Below are positions 1 through 9,559 of a stretch of DNA of 64,000 nt, in pieces. The notes beneath the pieces were generated by a model. The model saw only the letters and a list, made by a program, of their open reading frames with translations, was not told the DNA's origin and searched no databases. Numbering within the stretch: the stretch's first letter is position 1; every line of letters starts with the position of its first letter. Position numbers and translations under genes: made by a program. Source of the DNA: Craspedostauros australis (taxonomy: Eukaryota). The DNA lies in the NCBI GenBank assembly GCA_030167865.1, contig JALAGF010003778.1, positions 1 to 64,000 on the forward strand, read 5' to 3'.

Positions 1-829
1 TTCTACGCAGGTCCGTCCTTTTGTGTGGTTGTTCCTCTTGCATCGCGTGTCGCGGGCTCCTTGTCGTCCTCTTCTTGTTCCCTCCTTCTGCACCTCCTTT
101 CTCTTGTTGCGCGTCGTCTCCTCCTCCTTTCGTAGTCTCTTCCCATTCGTCGTCCCATTCGTTCTCATCTTCACTGCTGTCGTCCGCTCCCTCTTCGTCC
201 CTCTTCTTCTCCCCCGTCTTGTCTCGTGTTTCTGCCTCTGCACCCTCGTCCTCGTCGTTTGCTGTCGGTTCCTGTACCCGCGTTGCCTGCTTGCTCTCTT
301 CTCCTTGCTTTTCTCCATCATCCTTCGCCGTACCTTCATTGTTGCCTTTCGCATTCTTCATCTTTCCCCACTTCTTGCTCAGTGCTCTTCGGATGGCGTC
401 TTCCGATGACCCCACGTATTGCTGTCCTGTTTTTTCTTCTTGGACGTTGATGCCTTCTTTTGCGATACATTGTTTGCAGACCACCGGGAACCCTCTCGGT
501 GTTGTCAGCCCTTCTTCTGGCTTAATCCATGCCCTACACTCTCTGTGTGCCGGCTCTCCGCACGCGATGCATCTGACTGCTGCTGCCGCCCTTCCTCTTC
601 CCTTGCAATACTTCCCTGCTGCGCACTCGACTTTTCGTGCCCCTCTCCCTTGCTTTCCATCGTTCTTGCCCGTTTCTTGCCCAATTCTTCTCCTGCTCAA
701 TCCCTCTTGCGCCTCTCCCTCTCTTCTCTCTACTCCTGTTGTTTTGTTGTTGTTGATTGCTCCTCGGATATACGCTTCCATCGGCATTTGGCCGGACGGT
801 CTCGTCATCTTGCTCCTCGGTGTCGCCAT
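1..829 (-). CDS. PHD-finger protein, 3'-truncated by the window edge; probable ORF1/gag-like protein of a retroelement (non-LTR type suspected)
   Basis: Manual minus-strand translation from ATG 829 (in-frame TAA upstream at 845-847) stays open to base 1: MATPRSKMTRPSGQMPMEAYIRG...CAAGKYCKGRGRAAAAVRCIACGEPAHRECRAW...VVCKQC. This gives C4HC3 PHD spacing at ~467-625, followed by a long E/D/K/G-rich disordered tract. The coding strand is very purine-rich (AGA, GGA, GCA, ACA codons), unlike host genes. It is missing from the ORF track because it has no stop inside the window. Confidence 0.7.
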   Translation of the reverse strand, partial: MATPRSKMTRPSGQMPMEAYIRGAINNNKTTGVERREGEAQEGLSRRRIGQETGKNDGKQGRGARKVECAAGKYCKGRGRAAAAVRCIACGEPAHRECRAWIKPEEGLTTPRGFPVVCKQCIAKEGINVQEEKTGQQYVGSSEDAIRRALSKKWGKMKNAKGNNEGTAKDDGEKQGEESKQATRVQEPTANDEDEGAEAETRDKTGEKKRDEEGADDSSEDENEWDDEWEETTKGGGDDAQQEKGGAEGGNKKRTTRSPRHAMQEEQPHKRTDLRR

Positions 830-1698
830 CGTTGGTTCGTTGTCTTACTGGTTATTTTTGCTGTCTGTTGTCTTTCTTTTATTTGTTTATTCGTGTTTGT
901 TTGCTGCGACAATTTCTTCCGGAATTTTGGTTCCTTTTGGAAATTGTGAAAACGTACTTACTCAGTCCCAACGTCGCGAAGGAATCTGAGAAACACGACT
1001 CGAAAGTGAACAACGATTTCAGAAATCGAGGTCAGCGAATCTGCCATGGACAGATGCGTTCGTGTTTGCATGGCGCTGCTCCGTGGTGACATGAGTACTC
1101 GCTGCGGCATCAATTGGTGACATTGCATGATCCGTTGGACGCTGGGATGTCCACGCCACCCGGCATCGAGAGAGCATGGCGCAGATCAAAGCGCACCACT
1201 GAATAGTATAATACCATACGCACGACGAGTCGAACACCCGTAGTGCGATCTACTCACAGTGGTCCTGTATTGTGTGGCACGGGGTGAAGCAGAGCCAAGG
1301 ATCACACAAAGCCACAAAGCCAAGCGAATGTCAAGGGAACGTCCAATTTGCAACCACCGATTCGCGGCCAACGCCAACGCCAAAGACGAAAACGAAGACA
1401 AAGCAACCATAGAAACAGACATCGAAAGCGGAAGAAACGAGACAAGAATCAACCTCTCATCAAACCAGAGCAAGCCATAGCAAGCAGTGGCAAGCCAAAG
1501 CAGATCGAAGCGAAGTCGGAAGGTCAAGAGCCGACGAGAAAGTGAACAAAACAACGAAGACATCAACGTCATCAACCACATCAACGTCATCGAATTGAAC
1601 GAAGAGAACGAAGGCGGCGAAAGTAGCCACTCTCTCCAGTCGATTGCGCATACAAGCAACACAACACAAACAAATACAACCGAATACAACCGACAGAA

Positions 1699-2673
1699 AT
1701 GAATGCAATGGAAGATCCAACGACCAGCTACGAATCGTACAGCTCCATCAACTCCCTCGACCCGGTGGCGAATCTGCGGAAGAATCTGGGCGGTCTCACC
1801 CTTCACGATGGCTTGGAGGTTCTCTTCAGTCTCGCGGTCCTTGTGATGTGCTACCTGATATCGCTGCTGTGGGAATCGGGCTACGAATGGGAACGTCCGC
1901 TGCCGTACCAGAAGCTGGACGATGGTGGGGTCGTCATCGACCTCGCGCTTGCGTACCCACTCGTGAGCAGCACCGTCTCGACCAACATGCTCGTCCTCAC
2001 CTGCGGCATCATCCCGCTCGCTCTCATGGTCGCAATCGGGCTGTGCGCAGGACCAAGGCATGATGCAAAGTCCATGTTTTGCGCATCGGGCGTCGCATTC
2101 GGCCTCAACTTTCTCATCACGCATTCGCTCAAGGAGTACTGCGGCTACTTCCGTCCCAACCTCTACGAGATGTGCCAATTCAGCGAGGAAACTCTGCAAT
2201 GCGAGTCAGAATCGCAAGGTGGCCTCTCCAATGCCCGCCATTCATTCCCAAGCGGCCACGCCTCGACGGCCTTTCTGGGAACGACGTTGCTCACGCTCAT
2301 GCTGCTTGGCAAGGCGGGTCTGCACACCGCCCCCACCAGCATAACGGCCATGCTGCGGACGAAGTTGTTCGCCATCCTCAGCATCATACCCATGCTCTAC
2401 GCCACCTTCGTGGCAGCGAGTCGCGTGCACGACTTCATGCACCATCCGGCGGATGTGGGGGTCGGTGCCCTCATTGGATTCTCGTGCGCCAACTTTGCCT
2501 ACTCCCTGTGGTATCCCTCCATTTACAGCACCGTGCATCCGGGCGTTCCGCTGCAGTTCCTGCATGAGGACAAGGACCAGGAAGGGGAAGGATTGCTGGT
2601 CAATGAGACGCAGCCCTCGGATACTCTCCCGACGTCATCATCGCCGTTGACCGGGCATCGGCAGCTGTCATAG
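1699..2673 (+). CDS. PAP2-family phosphatidic acid/lipid phosphate phosphatase (multi-pass membrane)
   Basis: All three PAP2 catalytic motifs are present: KEYCGYFRP (K-x6-RP), SFPSGH and SRVHDFMHHPADV (SR-x5-H-x3-D). About six hydrophobic segments. Confidence 0.92.
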   Translation: MNAMEDPTTSYESYSSINSLDPVANLRKNLGGLTLHDGLEVLFSLAVLVMCYLISLLWESGYEWERPLPYQKLDDGGVVIDLALAYPLVSSTVSTNMLVLTCGIIPLALMVAIGLCAGPRHDAKSMFCASGVAFGLNFLITHSLKEYCGYFRPNLYEMCQFSEETLQCESESQGGLSNARHSFPSGHASTAFLGTTLLTLMLLGKAGLHTAPTSITAMLRTKLFAILSIIPMLYATFVAASRVHDFMHHPADVGVGALIGFSCANFAYSLWYPSIYSTVHPGVPLQFLHEDKDQEGEGLLVNETQPSDTLPTSSSPLTGHRQLS

Positions 2674-3596
2674 ATATTGCAAGGTGCTTGGCAGATGGCA
2701 GCTAGTGGTTGGGAAATGATGGAGCGAGGATCGGCCTCCGACGTGCGACCAGGGACACAGGTAACGGTGAAGTGAGACTGAGCGGATCTCCATGCTCGTG
2801 CTCGTATTTCCACCTGCAATTACACCTGTGCAGTGAACGCCATCCTCTGCTATGGAAATTCCTTAGAGTTGACCCAAGGTCGACGATCATGACCATCATG
2901 GCTGGAAGGAAGCGGGGAAAATGATGCGGAGTGATGGGCTGCTGAATATTAGGATATGTATTATACATCGCAGCAAGCCAATATAATACTCCCATACCAT
3001 CTTGTAGCACGCAATCCAAGCCAATGATAGAGGGTGGATATATTCGTAGTGCATGCACTTCTTGTCCCTGCTACAACCTATGATACTCTCTCGTAGTTTG
3101 GTCTCCTGCTCTTTCATTCTCCAGTCCGTGAATACCGAGGAGGAAGATAATGCTCGGAGTTGCAATTGGGACAGAGCGGACGTGTCCATCCTCTCTTGGT
3201 GATGTTGCTCCATGTTGGGAGATTTCGTGGGTGGATGGCGCATGCCCTGAAACGCACAAGGAGCTGCGCGAGCTGTCGCAGACTTGGACCGCGCATCCAA
3301 TCATTCCCGACTTTCTGCGCAACACTCAGATGGATTGAACACTCTTTCAACTATTTCAATGCGATCATGGAAGGTGTTCACGCCCTGCTCAAAGATGGCA
3401 CTATCCTACAGCATATATAACATTATAATAGTAGTCTACTTATGCAAGAAGTCCTCGTATTCCACTCTGCTGTCAGAATCCACGCAGTGTGGCATTGCAA
3501 GGTGAAAGTATGATGTGTGGGATGTAGACCAGCTTTGCATCGGCCCATCCCGTGTCATTCCACACCACATCATGCCACATCATGCCATACCATGCA

Positions 3597-4367
3597 TCAT
3601 TTCATGAATTTCTCTCCAGCCTTGTTGGCCAAGTAAGAGGCCGCCATGAGCCACGGAGATTGTCTTGGCTCGTCGTCCGCTGCCGCTTGCGCCCTCATCC
3701 TGTCGCGGGCATCTTCAACTGGCATGCTCCTCCTCTTGCTTTCTTCCAATGGTTTGGTTCTCGTCCGCGGTGGCTGCAGTTGCTGCAATTGTTGTGCTGA
3801 CTTTGCCGCATCTTCTTGCGCGAGTTCAGTGTGCGCTGTTGCATCCGGTGCGGCAGTCGACTCAAGCACATTGCCAAAGTCAGCCTCCATCTTGACTTCC
3901 ATCGTCGCGTCGGCAACTGCAGGAATGACAGCAGGTACGATTGCATCTTCATCCGCCGCCATTCGACCCGACAGACCCAACTCCAGCAACGTCTCCGGCA
4001 TGCCGGCCGCGACGTAACTGCCGCCATCCTCAAAGTCGATCGCCACCATCGCATCCGGTCCGCACGCACCTAAGCATCCCGTCTCATCGACGGTGTATGG
4101 CAGATCCCGAGACAGGAGGTCCTGCAGAATCTCCCCACCGTTCCATCCATCCTCCTGACACTGGCATAGTTCGCCGGTGCAGACGCTGACGATGGAGACG
4201 CCGTTGGGGTTATGCAACTTCATGCTGGAATGTGCGTCCTTCGGTGTGCGCTGGGTGGTCCTCAGCGCACTTCGCGCCGCATGGGAAGGTGTGAACGCAT
4301 TGCAGGAACCGGACTGCAATGCTGCGATGGCAACGATGCCGATCTGTCGAGACTTGGTTGTGATCAT
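3597..4367 (-). CDS. Plastid-targeted thioredoxin-like [2Fe-2S] ferredoxin-domain protein
   Basis: Signal peptide ending SCNA-FTP followed by a Ser/Arg-rich transit region. VSVCTGELCQC...ETGCLGACGPDAMV matches the C-x4-C...C-x3-C pattern of the thioredoxin-like ferredoxin family. Confidence 0.7.
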   Translation of the reverse strand: MITTKSRQIGIVAIAALQSGSCNAFTPSHAARSALRTTQRTPKDAHSSMKLHNPNGVSIVSVCTGELCQCQEDGWNGGEILQDLLSRDLPYTVDETGCLGACGPDAMVAIDFEDGGSYVAAGMPETLLELGLSGRMAADEDAIVPAVIPAVADATMEVKMEADFGNVLESTAAPDATAHTELAQEDAAKSAQQLQQLQPPRTRTKPLEESKRRSMPVEDARDRMRAQAAADDEPRQSPWLMAASYLANKAGEKFMK

Positions 4368-5187
4368 GAGGACGGAACTTTGATGATATCACGAAGAGAA
4401 ACGGCGCCGTTGTAGCTGGTCGCGGCTTGACCTGTTCTGTGCGGACTTGTCTGGCGGTCTGTGGTTTTCGTACAGTAATAGATGACTGCCTTGCTCGTCT
4501 GTTGTGCTCGTATTGGATTGCAGTTGTGGAATGTTGACCAGTGATGGCCTTCGCTTGCTTGTTTGTTGGAATGTGTCGAATAATGATAATTCAGTTTGGC
4601 GCCAATCGGCATTCTGACGTGTGTGGTCATGCAACGCAATCGCTGACGCTCCCAATTCGGGCGTCAGTCGTGCCACTACGGTTTTATCACGTCCATCGCT
4701 GAACAGCATGTTTGTTGGCAAGTCTCTCGTTGGAACATGTCTGGGAGAGCAAGATGCAAACAGACGGGAGGTTGTTCTGCTCTCCAGAGAGACCGATCCT
4801 ATTTGTATACTAAATATTCTATAATACATTCATCCACGCAGCAACGCAAGAGTCCTGGCGAATGCCGAAGGGGCACCTGAGTTGCACGCAAAAGAACATG
4901 CAACAATATGACAGCCTTTTAACTTTGCGATTACAGAAGAGTAGGACATATGATAGTCGACTGCTCCAATGTACTCTGGAATGTATTTTCATGTAATATA
5001 ATGCATCATACGTACGAGTAGTAGCGCTCAGCCGCAAGGTCGGTGTTGGCACACCGGCCCACATGAGCTGAAGGAACATGACAAGCTTGCCGTCACCCTT
5101 GTGACCATCTGTGCGATTATGCACACATCCATGCACACATGTATGTCTGCATGTCTGCTTGTCAACTTCCCGGCAACAGGAAGAGGA

Positions 5188-6831
5188 TTAGATTCGCACC
5201 CAGGAGCTGAGTCCACCGGAAGTGGGTGGCAGCGAAATGGAAGATTGCGGCGCGAAGGTAATCGGCGATGCGTGTATATTCCTGGAGTTGGAGGAATATT
5301 GGTGCATCGGCGAGGGCGGGGACGATGCACCGGAATTGTTCATCGCGTGCTCGGTGGCCGCCCTCATGATCATGAGGTTCTCCATGGAGTTGGAGGACAG
5401 GTGTCTGTTGTGCGAGGCCGGATGCGGCTTGGAGTCCGACGGCGATCGGTTCGGCGCCGATCTTCGCATCTCGCCATTGTCCGAAACGACGCGGGCGTTG
5501 GGACCCGACGGTTGAGGCATGGCAGGTCCGCGCGCATTCGGCTTGCCGCGGTTGCGTTGCTGAAAACGCGGAGCCTGATGGCGTTGTGTTTTTTCCTGCG
5601 GTTTCTGTTGGTTCTGACGACGCGGCTGCTGGGGACGCTGCGGTGTCGCTGGTGGCTGCCGATTGTGATGATGTTGCTGCTGCTGACGGCGGGGCATCTG
5701 ATGCTGTCGCTGGTGCATGGGCATCGGGACCGACATGAGGTTGGGGTTCTGGAGCTGCACGGTCGGCTTGATGGCCGGGCTGAGCGGGGAGTCCAGGGGC
5801 ACGCACAGCCTTGGATCGGAGGTTTGGCGGATCGGCATCTGGATGGGACGCTTGGACGCGGTGACCGGGGTCGGGATGGACGTGGAGGAGTCACTCTCGT
5901 CGCCGCTGTAGGTGCTGACGGAGACCTCCGAATCTGACAGCTGCCTCACCAGCCCGCGCACGGGGGTGCCCAGGAACCTCTCCGAGTGCGAGCGCCTTGG
6001 CGCGTGCTTGTCGATGGACGACTGGCGCTTTGGCTGGCGCACGGGCTTGGACATGCAGGGATGGCGCTTGGTCTTCTTGCCCCTGCCGCGCCCCCGGTCC
6101 TGCTTGTCGTGGTCCCATCTGCCGCCCGCGCAGAGGGAGCGCTGGGTCTCGAGCTCCACGCGCAGCGCTCGCTGGTGGGCCTCGAGCTTGGGTCGGAAGG
6201 TGAACTCGTCGTAGGCCTCCGCGATGAGGACGTCGTCCAGCCCCGCGCCCTCCTCCCACTGCAGCTCCTGCTCCACCAGCACGGCCATGATGGCCTCGTG
6301 CGACTGCCTGTTGCGGTCGTCGCTCTCGTCCCTGGTCTCGAGGCCCCAGTGATCGGCGTGGATGTGGCCGTGCCCGTTCGTGAGGACGGGATGCGCACGT
6401 TTCGACTCCGACAGCTCTGCCACGCTTCGCTTGCGGTCCGCCGTGACGCGCCGCATGTCCTGCTTGGTGTAGTACAGCGCGTCGAAGATGGCCGGAGGGT
6501 GGTCCTTGGCAGAGGGGATCTCCTGAATCTGATCGTACCTCCGAAACCTGACCTCCTTTTTGCGCTGGAAGATGGATCTGGCGCCGCGGGAGGCGATTTC
6601 CAGCAGGCTTCGAGTGACGGTTCCATTGTTGGTGCCGTTGTTCATGCCGTTGTTGCCACTGCCACTTGTGCTGTTCGTGCGCCTGTGGCCGTGGCTGCTG
6701 TGGCTGGAGTCACCAAGATTCAGCGTGTCATGGTGTGCAGCATGGGTACTGCGAGTGCGGCTGTGCAGGAACGAAGCATCCGCACTGTGCGGCACCGCTG
6801 GTTGCGATTCTGGCGATATTGATTGCCTCAT
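5188..6831 (-). CDS. Hypothetical protein of a diatom-expanded orphan family (VxF...[LW]Y...GLE...AVLxEQ motif) with a disordered C-terminal half
   Basis: 547-aa ORF with host-like codon usage. Motif string KEVRF...LYYTKQDM...WGLE...AVLVEQELQ...IAEAY. Ser/Pro/Gln-rich tail. Confidence 0.7.
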   Translation of the reverse strand: MRQSISPESQPAVPHSADASFLHSRTRSTHAAHHDTLNLGDSSHSSHGHRRTNSTSGSGNNGMNNGTNNGTVTRSLLEIASRGARSIFQRKKEVRFRRYDQIQEIPSAKDHPPAIFDALYYTKQDMRRVTADRKRSVAELSESKRAHPVLTNGHGHIHADHWGLETRDESDDRNRQSHEAIMAVLVEQELQWEEGAGLDDVLIAEAYDEFTFRPKLEAHQRALRVELETQRSLCAGGRWDHDKQDRGRGRGKKTKRHPCMSKPVRQPKRQSSIDKHAPRRSHSERFLGTPVRGLVRQLSDSEVSVSTYSGDESDSSTSIPTPVTASKRPIQMPIRQTSDPRLCVPLDSPLSPAIKPTVQLQNPNLMSVPMPMHQRQHQMPRRQQQQHHHNRQPPATPQRPQQPRRQNQQKPQEKTQRHQAPRFQQRNRGKPNARGPAMPQPSGPNARVVSDNGEMRRSAPNRSPSDSKPHPASHNRHLSSNSMENLMIMRAATEHAMNNSGASSPPSPMHQYSSNSRNIHASPITFAPQSSISLPPTSGGLSSWVRI

Positions 6832-8042
6832 GGTGGTTGCTATTGCTATTGCTCTTGCTCTTGCTCTTGCTTTGGTCTATGAATGATATTGTCGTCGATG
6901 TTGTACCACTAAGATTGTTCCCAGTTGTGAATGGAGAGCACTCCACAGCACCAACGGAGTCGTGGTGATGATCGCACCGATGCTTGTTGTGTGCACGGGT
7001 GACTCAGGTGCTCGTTTCTTGCCAGTCTCCGGACCAAGAATTCGCTTGTGGCCGGTGGTGGAATGTCGCGGAATGGTTCTTGTTTGCTGTTGCGCACTCT
7101 TGGTGAGACACGCTGTTGTGCTCGAATTTCCTAACACGCCAAACACAAGAGACGAAGCGGATTCTCTTGCGGTCGTGCTTTCCAAGCCCTTCTTGTGTCT
7201 CATCCGCTGTTTTGGGCCTGTCCCTGAGGCGTGGTACGTAGATCGTCGCTACCACTCGTGAGCCTCCTCTTCGTGTTTTCGCTCCTTGGGCGCCAAACGT
7301 GTGGGGAGTGAATGGTTCTCTGACCTGTTTGCGTGTTATCTGTGTCTTGTTGGCATGTTCGCATGTTGCTCAACAACGCTGTTGCTGTGCGTTTGGCACT
7401 TTTTTGTGCCTGTGCTGTTTGGCAACATTCGTTTGTGGGAAGCCAAAAAACGCCACTGCAACCGTTGAGTTCTGATGACTGTCGCATTATTCACACATAT
7501 ATAACAAATGACAAATTTGATTTGACCAGCGAGGAACCGTCATTAATCGGAACAAACCAAAACTGACCATTTCATATGCCCGAGGATCAAAGACTTTTTG
7601 TAGGGTATTTGAAATAGTCATCCGACCATCTTGTACCAAAGCTGTCCATTATGACCCTCCGGAGTATCTACTTGCTTCAACGGTCATTCCGTGACGCACT
7701 AGTTGCTCTTTGGTTCTGCCAAACAAGCCACCAAAAGGGTACAGGAATGTCACGAATTATGCCAGGAGAGAAAAGTGTTTTCCAAGTGCCTTCGATCAAC
7801 GCAACTTACCAGCCCCATCGGAGGTCGCAACGGTACGTGAATCACACCTACCAGTCCTAATTACGGGTTTGGAAGGGGAATTTGGAGCACAAGTTCAACC
7901 TACTCGCACCTGCGCATGTGGGGATTCTGGTCAACGAACTGTTTGTGTTTTCGCTCAACACAAAACACGGCAAAGCCATGGACGAGTGCGAGTCTCACAC
8001 CGCTGTCCTTTTGCTCACATTTTGGATCCGGTTCGGCCAAAG

Positions 8043-8043
8043 C

Positions 8044-8078
<35 letters not shown>

Positions 8079-8079
8079 C
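8043..8079. repeat. (CAA)n microsatellite
   Basis: About 12 perfect CAA units. Confidence 0.95.
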
Positions 8080-9559
8080 TGTGGCAGAAACAAGAGAATC
8101 AACAGAAGCGAGAGCAACTGGAACAATGGGGGCGCCGCCTCTTCCGACGCTCATCATCATGGGCGGTGCGGAGAGTACGCGTCCGAGTACGGCACCCCAA
8201 CCGAACCCTCCTCCCTGCGCAGAGTTGATGACGGATAACCCGCATCGGCATTCCGAGAAGTAGAAGGCTCTGGAGTATCATGTTCAATTTGCGTCAAAAC
8301 ACCGCAGCCCATCAGCGCTCCATTTCGGAACTCACAGACAACTCATCTAAGAGCAAACAAGATCGGAACAGGTGCCGATGGTCGTGATCGGGGCTGAGAA
8401 GTATGGAAGGGCCATGATCGCTCACTGTGGTATCTTTCTCACAAGAGACTCTTGTGTCTGATGTCACAAGTTACTCCAGCACGCGAATCGTCCGCATCAC
8501 GCTCAGGAATCAACCCGGAGTGATCGTTTCGCTTCGGTCGGGCGTCCTGAAATCGCTCTTGCTTGCTCTTGTGCCACCTGGCTGTGTTACTCATACCATA
8601 CGGTCCTGCTATCATCGTCGTCGTCGTTGTTGTTGATGTAGTGGCAAAGATGTTGATGATCGGACATTGATGGTAACGATCTCTCTCATTGGTCATCGTC
8701 CAAATTGGTGGTCTCATTCTTGCGCTTCTGGTCTGTGGTCGGAGCATCACGTCTTGTGCAGGAATGAACACGCGCTAAGATTGACGCAAGTCTTGCGTCA
8801 TATAATACGTATGGTGCATTGGTCATCTTCAGTATTGATGGCGCATAGTAGAATAGAAGGCTGTACTGTAGCCATGATCTTGTGAACAGAGCTGAGCCAC
8901 CGCTCCTTCCTTCGTCGATCTCACATGGTGACGAGAGACCAACGAGGAAGGAAGAGATTTCTCGTTTGCACGAGATTGAGTAAACTCAATGGTGGCGCAT
9001 CGTCGACACATTGATTGTGGGACAGGTCGAGAAGCAAGCCAGAAGCATTCAATGCCGCAGCAGTCCAATGCCAAGCCAAGCTTCACAATGTGCCCGAGGC
9101 ATGATGACACAAAGTTCCATCAACATGCAACGGGGTCGCAATGCCTTGATGAGCGTCATTCATTGCAAGTAAAGTCGGATTTGATTGGATGTGATGATTG
9201 TCACGAGACATTGTTGTACCAGCTGACTGTCCAACACAGTCCAGTCTCTAGTCTAGAGACCAGTAGCCTTCCTCCTGTCCTTGTGCCAACAAAACAGCAA
9301 AGACAAATCTCGTGATTTCCGTGTCGCGCTCTGAATCCACAAGCTTGACGCATAGTAGTACGACGCCGTCGTTCGTCTCCTGAACATCGTGCTCTGTGAA
9401 GACACAAATGAATCAGTGCACCATAGTCGTCGCACACATAATAGAATAGGCCATACCAATAGGCAGCATCCTTACTCTTACTCTTACTCTATTCAATCGC
9501 ATACGCCACACGCCACCCGCCATACACCACACACCACGAGGTGTAAGAGCGCCGTGACA

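Noticed and set aside
21..989. 322-aa Ser/Leu/Phe-rich plus-strand ORF
   Set aside because: It is an antisense shadow of the purine-rich minus-strand PHD ORF. The pyrimidine-rich strand simply lacks stops.
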